Positions 26,552-34,131 of a stretch of 40,877 nt of DNA are shown one piece after another. The stretch covers positions 21,403 through 62,279 of the forward strand of contig PMFP01000085.1 in assembly GCA_003155175.1 (NCBI GenBank), given 5' to 3'. The notes below the pieces were generated by a model. That model saw nothing but the letters and a program-made list of their open reading frames with translations. It did not search any database and was not told where the DNA came from. Numbering within the stretch: position 1 is the first letter of the stretch; each line of letters starts with the position of its first letter. Source of the stretch: Vulcanimicrobiota bacterium (lineage in GTDB: Bacteria; Vulcanimicrobiota; Vulcanimicrobiia; Vulcanimicrobiales; Vulcanimicrobiaceae). The position numbers and the translations under genes were made by a program.

Positions 26552-28096
26552 ATGGCGGCGACGTTCGCGTCGGCTCTCCTGGGCTTCGCGCGCGAGGTCG
26601 TCAACGCGAAGTTTTACGGCACGCAATGGGAAATGGACACGTTTCTTGCGGCGGCGACGATCCCGACGATCTTGTTCGGGGTCTTTAACGGGGCGCTCGT
26701 GAGCGCGCTCGTTCCTACGTTCACCGACTACATCGCACGAGGGCGCGAAGACGACGCGTGGCTGCTCGGAAACACGATCGTCAACCTGCTTGCGCTCGTA
26801 TTGACGGTCTGCGCGGTCGCGGGGTTCGTCACTGCGGGTTGGTACGTGCCGCTTATCGCCCACGGATTCCCCGCGCCGCAGATGGGCGTCGCGGTCCGGA
26901 TGACGCGATGGCTCATGCCGACGATCGTGGCCGTCAGCCTGAGCGGAGTCTTTTCGGCGATGCTCAACGCGTACCATCGCTTTCGCGTGGCGTCCATGGT
27001 CGGCGTAGTCTTGAACGTCGTTACGATAACGACCGTCGTTCTGCTCAATCACAAGATCGGTATTTTCGCCCTCGTGCTCGGCACGACGTTGGGATTGATC
27101 GCCCAGATGGCGGTTCAGATTCCGTCGTTCTTGTCAATCGGCAAGTACCGCTTCGTCATGGACCTGCAGCATCCGGGCCTGCGAAAGATCTGGGAGCTTC
27201 TCGGCCCGATCATCGTCGCGTCGGCCGCCGGCCAGATCGCGCTGTTCTTCGATCGGTTTTTTGCGTCCACGCTGTCGCCCGGCTATATGGCCGGCATGAA
27301 CTATGCGACGAAGCTCGTCTACTTTCCGCAGCAAGTCTTCGGCGCGGCCATTGCGACCGTGATATTTCCGTTGCTGGCCGCCCACTACGCACGCGACAAT
27401 CGCCGCGGCGTAGCGGGCACCCTCGTCACCGGCTTGAGGTTGGTCAATTTCATTACGATTCCCGCGATGTGCGTGTTGATCGTATTGGCGCACCCGATGG
27501 TGGAGACGCTGTTCCAGCGCGGCAGTTTCCAAGCGAGCGCCACGGACTTGACCGCCGGTCTCATGCCCTATGCGGCGTTCGGGCTCGTCGCGCTCGCCGC
27601 CAATATCGTGTTGACCCGTTGCTGCTTCGCGTGTCACGAAACGGCGGCTCCCGTCGGCATCTCCGTGATCACGGTGCTGCTCAACGTCACGCTTTCGTTG
27701 GTATGGCTGCCGAGTTTGGGTGCGCGCGGCCTGCTGCTTGCGAATTCGGTAAGCCAGTCGTTACAGGCGCTTCTTTTGCTCGGCGTGGTTGCGAGGATCG
27801 TTTCGGGAATCAACTGGCGCGCTCTCTCGATTTCGACTCTGAAGATCGTCGTGGCCTCGACGGCGATGGTGCTTGCGCTCAACTGGATTAAGGCGCTGGG
27901 CGTGCATCCCGAACCGACGCTGGCCTCGCGAGCTTGGTTCCTCTTCGGGCAGATGACCATAGGAGGGCTGGTCTTCGTGGCCGTTGCGCGCGCGATTTCC
28001 GTTGACGAACTGACGCTGGCCTGGCAGACGATTATTGCCAAGTTCGAGCGCAACTTGATCGTGCCGCCCGAAAACCGCGATGCGCCGATCGCGTAA
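26552..28096 (+). CDS. murJ: MurJ/MviN-family (MOP superfamily) lipid-linked glycan flippase
   Basis: MAATFASALLGFAREVVNAKFYGTQWEMDTFLAAATIPTILFGVFNGALVSALVPTF is the canonical MurJ N-terminus, followed by about 14 TM segments. The first canonical start is the ATG at 26552. A slightly longer N-terminus from a non-canonical codon (CTG at 26528) cannot be excluded. Confidence 0.8.
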   Translation: MAATFASALLGFAREVVNAKFYGTQWEMDTFLAAATIPTILFGVFNGALVSALVPTFTDYIARGREDDAWLLGNTIVNLLALVLTVCAVAGFVTAGWYVPLIAHGFPAPQMGVAVRMTRWLMPTIVAVSLSGVFSAMLNAYHRFRVASMVGVVLNVVTITTVVLLNHKIGIFALVLGTTLGLIAQMAVQIPSFLSIGKYRFVMDLQHPGLRKIWELLGPIIVASAAGQIALFFDRFFASTLSPGYMAGMNYATKLVYFPQQVFGAAIATVIFPLLAAHYARDNRRGVAGTLVTGLRLVNFITIPAMCVLIVLAHPMVETLFQRGSFQASATDLTAGLMPYAAFGLVALAANIVLTRCCFACHETAAPVGISVITVLLNVTLSLVWLPSLGARGLLLANSVSQSLQALLLLGVVARIVSGINWRALSISTLKIVVASTAMVLALNWIKALGVHPEPTLASRAWFLFGQMTIGGLVFVAVARAISVDELTLAWQTIIAKFERNLIVPPENRDAPIA

Positions 28097-28101
28097 CGTT
28101 C

Positions 28102-30084
28102 GTGCCTAGCGGGCCACGGTTCTCGATCGTCATCCCGGCTCACAACGAGGAATCGCGCATAGGGCCGACTCTGCGTGCGTATCTCGACGGGTTCGAAGAC
28201 TCCGAGGTCATCGTCGTCCTCAACGGTTGCACCGACGCCACCCCCGCGCTCGTTCGCGCCGGTACGGCCGGTCGAAAGAATGCAAAGGTCGTTCAGCTCG
28301 ATGACGCCGTGGGGAAGGGCGGCGCGGTCCGCGTGGGTTTTTTGGTCGCCGATGCGCCGATCGTTGCCTACGTGGATGCCGACGGCGCAACGTCGCCCGA
28401 AGAGATGCGCCGGTTGTGCGAACTCCTAGGGCCTGGTGACGACGCCATTATCGGCTCGCGTTGGAAGAGCGGTGCGGACGTGCACGTAAGGCAGGGTCTT
28501 CCGCGCCGGGTTGCCAGCCGGTGCTTCAACGTGTTGGTGCGCGCGCTCTTCGGCCTCCCGTACTCCGACACGCAGTGCGGAGCCAAAGTGTTTCGACGGG
28601 ATAGCCTGTACGCCGCGATGATGACCGTCGAGACGGCGAACTTCGCCTTTGACGTGGATCTGCTCTTCGTTCTCGACAGGCGCGGCATGAACGTGCGGGA
28701 GGTGCCCACCGTCTGGAAGGACGTTGCCGGTTCGCACGTCCCGTTGGTGCCCGCCTCGCTCAAGATGCTCGCTTCGATCCTGCGCTTGCGCCTTCAGTAT
28801 TCGTTCTTCCGCACGATAGTCCCGATGTTCGATCGGCTGTTCCCCACAAATCCGATCGCGCTGCACGACGGTTTCCGGATCCTGGTCCTGAACTGGCGCG
28901 ATCCGAAGCACCCGCAAGCGGGGGGCGCGGAAGCGTACCTCTACGAGATCGCGAGACGATGGGTCGCGCAAGGCCACTCGGTCGAATGGTTGACGGCATC
29001 CTTTCCGGGAGCCGCCCGCACCGAGCTACTCGACGGGATCAAGATCACGCGCGTCGGCGACCGGTTCTCGGTGTACTTTCGCGTGCCTTTGGAATACTTG
29101 CGGTCCTGTCGCGATCGGTTCGACGTCATACTCGACGCGGAGAACGGCGTGCCGTTCTTCAGCCCGCTCTACTCGCTGAAACCGAAGCTGTGTTTGATCT
29201 TCCACGTGCACGTCGACGTTTTTCGAAAACATCTGCCGTGGCCCGTATCGGAAGTATTCGTTTGGCTCGAGACCTGGCTGGTTCCCCGCCTCTATCGGGG
29301 GGCTAAGTTCGTCGCGATATCGGAGGATACGAGACGCGCGATGCGCGAGGCGAGACTGACCGATCGGCCCGTTGGAATGGTATATAGCGGCGTCGACTCG
29401 GCTCTCGTTCCCGGTACGAAGGCCGAGATTCCGACGGTGCTCTATCTCGGGCGACTCATGCCGTATAAACGCGTCGACTTGCTGATCGCGGCGTTTGCGG
29501 AAGTGCGCGAGCGCGTCCCGGATGCCGTGCTCTGCATAGCGGGAAGCGGTCCGGCGGAAGCCGGCTTGAGAGAGCTCGTGCGCTCGCTTCGCCTCGACGA
29601 GGCGGTGACGTTTGAGGGTTTCGTCGACGAGCGGCGCAAGCGCGAGCTGCTGCAAAGTGCGTGGGCGTTTTGCAACCCGTCCGAGATGGAGGGTTGGGGA
29701 ATCTCGATCATCGAGGCAAACGCGTGTGCGACGCCGGCCGTCGCCTTCGCGGTCCCGGGCCTGCGGGAAGCGATCCTGGACGGGGAAAGCGGAATGCTCG
29801 TGCCGGAAGGAGGCGAACTCGCGAAGCCAATCGTTCGACTCCTGACCGACGCTCCGTGGCGTCTGCGTTTGGAGGAGGGAGCAAAAAAGCGCGCATCGGC
29901 TTTTTCCTGGGATCGCACCGCCGACGCGATGCTCGAACAGGTCGTGCAGGTCGTGACCGGCGATTGGTTCGGCTTGGAACGCACGACGAAGCGCTGGTCG
30001 TTGATGAAGAAGCGCTCGGTAAACGGGCAGAGCGAACGGGGTTCGCCCGTTACGGAAAGCATTCCGATCGACGTCATTTACTAG
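28102..30084 (+). CDS. bifunctional glycosyltransferase: N-terminal GT2 domain fused to a C-terminal GT4 (GT-B) domain
   Basis: 660 aa. The GT2 half shows FSIVIPAHNEE, NGCTDAT and VDADGAT (DxD). The GT4 half starts near FRILVLNWRDPKHPQAGGAEAY and contains EGWGISIIEANACATPAVAF (the E-x7-E region). Confidence 0.8.
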   Translation: MPSGPRFSIVIPAHNEESRIGPTLRAYLDGFEDSEVIVVLNGCTDATPALVRAGTAGRKNAKVVQLDDAVGKGGAVRVGFLVADAPIVAYVDADGATSPEEMRRLCELLGPGDDAIIGSRWKSGADVHVRQGLPRRVASRCFNVLVRALFGLPYSDTQCGAKVFRRDSLYAAMMTVETANFAFDVDLLFVLDRRGMNVREVPTVWKDVAGSHVPLVPASLKMLASILRLRLQYSFFRTIVPMFDRLFPTNPIALHDGFRILVLNWRDPKHPQAGGAEAYLYEIARRWVAQGHSVEWLTASFPGAARTELLDGIKITRVGDRFSVYFRVPLEYLRSCRDRFDVILDAENGVPFFSPLYSLKPKLCLIFHVHVDVFRKHLPWPVSEVFVWLETWLVPRLYRGAKFVAISEDTRRAMREARLTDRPVGMVYSGVDSALVPGTKAEIPTVLYLGRLMPYKRVDLLIAAFAEVRERVPDAVLCIAGSGPAEAGLRELVRSLRLDEAVTFEGFVDERRKRELLQSAWAFCNPSEMEGWGISIIEANACATPAVAFAVPGLREAILDGESGMLVPEGGELAKPIVRLLTDAPWRLRLEEGAKKRASAFSWDRTADAMLEQVVQVVTGDWFGLERTTKRWSLMKKRSVNGQSERGSPVTESIPIDVIY

Positions 30085-30150
30085 GAGGAACCCAAGCGGC
30101 GACGACGCATTGTTGTAGGCCACCGCCGCATTTGAAGGGTCCTCTTTGCC

Positions 30151-30426
30151 GTGTCCTCCGACGAAATCTATCAGCAGCTGTCCAGCATCATGCGCGACGT
30201 GTTCGACGACGATTCGCTCGTCGCAACGCCCGAGCTCACCGCGGGGCAGGTTGACGGCTGGGACAGCTTCTCGCACCTGCGCTTGATGCTTTCGATCGAG
30301 CGGTCGTTCGGCGTTGACTTCGCGGCTTCGGAGATATCGTCCTTAAAGAACGTCGGCGAGCTGGCTGCGCTCATTGGGTCGAAGCTCCCGGCAGAACGTG
30401 CGGGTTCACCTAGCGAAGAATCGTGA
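30151..30426 (+). CDS. acyl/peptidyl carrier protein (DltC-like stand-alone ACP)
   Basis: 91 aa with a GTG start. The phosphopantetheine attachment context is QVDGWDSFSHLRLMLSIE. The stop overlaps the MBOAT start (GTGA at 30423-30426). Confidence 0.8.
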   Translation: MSSDEIYQQLSSIMRDVFDDDSLVATPELTAGQVDGWDSFSHLRLMLSIERSFGVDFAASEISSLKNVGELAALIGSKLPAERAGSPSEES

Positions 30427-31859
30427 ACGTCCCGTCGCTCGCGTTTCTCGGCCTGGTCGCCGTCGTTGCCCTCCTTCTTGCGATTTCCAGAAGCCACGGT
30501 TGGCGCTCCGCGCTGCTGCTCGTCGCCAACGTCGGCTTCGTCTTAACGTTCTCTCACGATCTGCGTCAGCTCGCTCCGTTTGCCGCGCTCCTGGCCGGTG
30601 GCTTCGTCGCGATGCGATTGATGCACTCGCAAAAGAACCCCGCCGTTTTCGCGACGGCCATCGGCGCCCTGGTTCTTCTCTTTTGCTGGCTCAAGCGATA
30701 CACGTTCTTTCCTCCCGGGGCTCTGCTGCCGTTCGTCTACCTTACGGTCGGGATGTCGTACGTGTTCTTTCGCGTGCTGAGCCTGGTCGTCGACGCCTAC
30801 CAGGACAGCTTGCCCGAGCGCGTCGGCATCGTGCGTTTCCTCAACTATACGCTGAACTTCCCGGCTTTCGTCTCGGGCCCGATCCAGTTCTATCGCGACT
30901 ATAGGCGCGACGAATCCGAAAGCCCCGCGGCGCTCGATCTCTCCATTGCGGGGAAGTCGATCGAGCGCATCGTCATCGGCTTTTTCAAAGTCACGGTCGT
31001 CTCGCCGGTCTTGGCGAGCTTCCAGGACCGCGCCGTAGCGGCGGCGTCCGCGAACCTCTCGCCCGGTCTGCGCACGCTCGACGCGGCGCTCCTTCTGGCT
31101 CTGTTCCCGATTCTGCTCTACGCGAATTTTTCCGGGTATACCGACGTCGTCATCGGCGCCGCGCGATTCATGCGCTTCGAGCTTCCGGAAAACTTCGACC
31201 GTCCGTTCTCCTCGAAGAGCTATCTCGAGTTTTGGAGCCGGTGGCACATGTCGCTCTCGAATTGGTTCAAGACTTACGTCTATTCGCCGCTGCTGCTCAA
31301 CCTCATGAGGCGCTTCCCGTCGCGCAACGTCGAACCGTTTCTCGGCGTGATCGCGTTCTTCGCGACGTTCTTCCTGGTGGGACTTTGGCACGGCCAGACC
31401 GCGATGTTCGTGGTCCTCGGCTTGCTGATGGGTTTGGGCATCAGCGGGAACAAGCTCTATCAGATCGAGATGATTCGCCGCATGGGCCGGGCGCCGTACC
31501 GGGCCTTGTGCGCGAATCCGCTCTATGAGGCCGCATCGCGCGGACTCACGTTTCTGTGGCTTTCCTTTACGTTGGTCTTTTTCTGGGCGACGTGGCCGGA
31601 GCTTGAGGGCCTCGTCGCGCATCTGGGAGCGGTGCCGATCGCTTCCGCCATGCTGCTGACGTTCGCCGTTGGCGCGGTCGTGCTGACGGCGACGACGGCG
31701 CTGGTGGACCGCTATCGGGCCGTCTTCGAGGAGGGCTCGCTGGCGGGGCTCTCCGCGTTCGCGCGGCCGGCTTGGTATACCGCGATCGCCGTCGTCACCG
31801 CGTCCGTCGCGGTCATGCTCGACGCCCCCGCTCCGCACATCATCTACCGAGGTTTCTAA
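30423..31859 (+). CDS. MBOAT-family membrane O-acyltransferase (DltB/AlgI-like)
   Basis: 478 aa and polytopic. Shows FPAFVSGPIQFYRDY, NFSGYTDVVIG, the catalytic-His motif FWSRWHMSLSNWFKTYVY and GLWHG. Confidence 0.9.
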   Translation: MNVPSLAFLGLVAVVALLLAISRSHGWRSALLLVANVGFVLTFSHDLRQLAPFAALLAGGFVAMRLMHSQKNPAVFATAIGALVLLFCWLKRYTFFPPGALLPFVYLTVGMSYVFFRVLSLVVDAYQDSLPERVGIVRFLNYTLNFPAFVSGPIQFYRDYRRDESESPAALDLSIAGKSIERIVIGFFKVTVVSPVLASFQDRAVAAASANLSPGLRTLDAALLLALFPILLYANFSGYTDVVIGAARFMRFELPENFDRPFSSKSYLEFWSRWHMSLSNWFKTYVYSPLLLNLMRRFPSRNVEPFLGVIAFFATFFLVGLWHGQTAMFVVLGLLMGLGISGNKLYQIEMIRRMGRAPYRALCANPLYEAASRGLTFLWLSFTLVFFWATWPELEGLVAHLGAVPIASAMLLTFAVGAVVLTATTALVDRYRAVFEEGSLAGLSAFARPAWYTAIAVVTASVAVMLDAPAPHIIYRGF

Positions 31860-31860
31860 C

Positions 31861-32763
31861 ATGTCCGCCGATCTCAAACCGTTTACCGACGAAGTCGTCC
31901 TGCAGAACCCGTTGCACGAAAAATTTCTCACGTCGTCGCTTGAGGGAATGTCCGACGATCTGAAGCGCGAGCTCGGCGACTACCTCGAGTACTGCGGCGC
32001 CCGCGGCCTGAGCACCGAATATCTGGCCGACTGCTACAACACGATCGTAAACGACACGCGAACCGAGCAGATGTACTTTTGGAAGCACGGCAAGTACCGG
32101 TACGAACGGTTTAAAGACGTGGCCGACAAAGTATATCTCGACCGCAACTACATGAACAAATACATGTACGGACTGGCCTTGACGTCGTTCCTTTGGCCCA
32201 ATCATGCGGAGCTCGGCGAGTTTTTTGAGCGAACTTTCCGGCGCGGCCAAAAGGGCGCGTATCTAGAGATCGGGCCCGGTCACGGTTACTACCTCAAACG
32301 GGCTGCCGAGCTGGGTGCGTTCGAAACGCTAACCGGCATCGACCTGAGTCCCACCAGCGTGGACATGACCCGCGAGATCCTCGCGCACGCCGGTTTCACG
32401 GACGCGAACGGCGTGCACGTGATGGAACGCGATTTTCTCGAATTCAGCGGCGACGACGCGACGTATTCGTGCATCGTGATGGGCGAGGTTCTCGAACACG
32501 TTGAGGACCCGGGACTCTTTCTCCGGAAGATTGCCGAACTGAGCGACCCCGACGCGCACATCTTCATTACGACCTGCTGCAACGCGCCGGCAGTCGATCA
32601 CATTTTCCTCTTCCGCACGCCTGCCGAAGTCGAAGAACTGATACGAAGCAATGGATTGGAGATCGTCGATTCGGTCTACGTGCCGTATGCGGGTAAGACG
32701 CTAGAGCAATGCGAGCGCGACGCACTCTCCGTGAACGTCGCATACGTTCTTAGGAAGCGGTAG
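31861..32763 (+). CDS. class I SAM-dependent methyltransferase with a roughly 120-aa N-terminal extension
   Basis: 300 aa. Motif I is AYLEIGPGHGYY, post-I is LTGIDLSP and motif II is YSCIVMGEVLEHVEDP. The start lies 1 nt after the MBOAT stop. Confidence 0.8.
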   Translation: MSADLKPFTDEVVLQNPLHEKFLTSSLEGMSDDLKRELGDYLEYCGARGLSTEYLADCYNTIVNDTRTEQMYFWKHGKYRYERFKDVADKVYLDRNYMNKYMYGLALTSFLWPNHAELGEFFERTFRRGQKGAYLEIGPGHGYYLKRAAELGAFETLTGIDLSPTSVDMTREILAHAGFTDANGVHVMERDFLEFSGDDATYSCIVMGEVLEHVEDPGLFLRKIAELSDPDAHIFITTCCNAPAVDHIFLFRTPAEVEELIRSNGLEIVDSVYVPYAGKTLEQCERDALSVNVAYVLRKR

Positions 32764-33152
32764 TGCTGGGGCTCGCTTTCCACCACATCGGTATTGCCTG
32801 CGCGGATATCGAAAAGACCGCGCGCTACGTGCGCGAAGCCTACGTCGTCGAGTCGGACTCGGGTACGGTTCACGATCCGCTGCAAGACGTTTACGTACGC
32901 CTCTTCAACGAAGGTACGCCCGGGGCGATCGAACTGGTGTCGGGGCCGGCCGTCGAAAAACTCGTAAAATCGCACGTGACCTACTACCACGTTTGCTACG
33001 CGACGGACGACCTCGAAGCGTCGATCGCCGCGGCGAAGGCCGCGGGGGCGATGCTGGTCTCGTCTCCCAAGCCGGCCGTGCTGTTCGGCGGGCGTCGCGT
33101 CGCGTTCGTGTTCACGGAGCTCGGACTCGTCGAGTTCGTCGAAAAGGCCTAA
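32763..33152 (+). CDS. VOC (glyoxalase/bleomycin-resistance/dioxygenase) superfamily protein, methylmalonyl-CoA-epimerase-like
   Basis: 129 aa with a GTG start overlapping the previous stop. The segments LAFHHIGIACADIEKTARYV and YYHVCYATDDLEASIAAAKAAG form the paired beta-alpha-beta-beta-beta modules with metal-ligand His/Glu positions seen in MCE-type epimerases. Confidence 0.65.
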   Translation: MLGLAFHHIGIACADIEKTARYVREAYVVESDSGTVHDPLQDVYVRLFNEGTPGAIELVSGPAVEKLVKSHVTYYHVCYATDDLEASIAAAKAAGAMLVSSPKPAVLFGGRRVAFVFTELGLVEFVEKA

Positions 33153-33159
33153 CGCGATC

Positions 33160-34131
33160 GTGCCCGCCGACAAGGCCAAGCGCGGCCTCGCCGTATTCGC
33201 CGTTTCGATCGCCGTCGTCGTCGCGCTCGTGGCCCTCGAGAATCTCCTCATCGCGAGCTACTTCCCGCGGCTGGAGCGGCTGCCCGAAGACGTCTCGCCT
33301 GCCTATCTCAAGCGCGAGATCGCGCTCATCGCAGCGTCGCCGCCCGCCGTGATTTTTCTAGGCGATTCGGTGGTTTGGGGGTATCGCGTCGAGCCCGGTC
33401 AGACGGCGGTGTCGATCTTGACGCGCCGGGGTTGCAATTGCCGCAACCTTGCGCTGCGGGCCGGTAGCCCGCCGAACGACTACGCGATCGTGCGGCTTCT
33501 CCTGGCTGCCGGGGTTCGCCCCAAAGCCGTGGTTCTCGAGATCGATCAGAAATCGTTCAACGCATCCGACGCCGACTACGCTCGCCTCCTACCCGGCATC
33601 GCGGCGCTCGCCACGCCGCTCTTCGCCCCCGCCGATCGCAGGCTTCTCGCGCCGCCGGTAGAGTCCGACGGAATCGCGCGACGCTCCGATCGCGCGCTTT
33701 CGTCCCTTTGGCTGCTTTACGCAATGCGCGCCGACATCCGCGGAACGTACTTTCCGCCTCCCGAGGAGATTCCGGTAACGCATCCGACGGCGGACATGTA
33801 CATGGGAACGTACGACCTGACTCCGCTTACGGACGCGAACCTGGGCGTGCACTTTCTAACCCAGACCGTCGACCTGCTGCGCGACGCAGGCGTTCCCGTC
33901 ATCGCGTTCATGACGCCGACGAACCACACGCTGCTCCACGATTACATCGACAGCGACGCCTATCGAGCCAATGGCGAGTTTCTCAAAAATCTGCTCGAGA
34001 GACGGGGCGTGCGCGTCGTCGACCTCGACACGGCCTTTCCGTCCGATCTCTTCTTCGACAACGCGCATCTGCGGCCGGCCGGCCAAGAGCTGCTCGCCGC
34101 CAAACTCGAGCCTGCGTTGCCGGCTAAATGA
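33160..34131 (+). CDS. membrane-anchored SGNH/GDSL-fold hydrolase or acyltransferase (DltD/AlgJ-like topology)
   Basis: 323 aa. It has a single N-terminal TM (LAVFAVSIAVVVALVAL). Block I is VIFLGDSVVWG, a block III-like element is SPPND, and block V is FFDNAHLRPAG (DxxH). Confidence 0.65.
   Translation: MPADKAKRGLAVFAVSIAVVVALVALENLLIASYFPRLERLPEDVSPAYLKREIALIAASPPAVIFLGDSVVWGYRVEPGQTAVSILTRRGCNCRNLALRAGSPPNDYAIVRLLLAAGVRPKAVVLEIDQKSFNASDADYARLLPGIAALATPLFAPADRRLLAPPVESDGIARRSDRALSSLWLLYAMRADIRGTYFPPPEEIPVTHPTADMYMGTYDLTPLTDANLGVHFLTQTVDLLRDAGVPVIAFMTPTNHTLLHDYIDSDAYRANGEFLKNLLERRGVRVVDLDTAFPSDLFFDNAHLRPAGQELLAAKLEPALPAK

Noticed and set aside
30084-30150. Strong GGAGGA immediately after the GT2-GT4 stop, suggesting a small ORF
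   Set aside because: No ATG, GTG or TTG lies at a suitable distance downstream. The next credible start is the ACP GTG at 30151, about 60 nt away.
30543-31931. 462-aa minus-strand ORF
   Set aside because: It is antisense to the MBOAT gene. The product is a highly charged Arg/Asp/Glu sequence, incompatible with the clear polytopic MBOAT on the plus strand.
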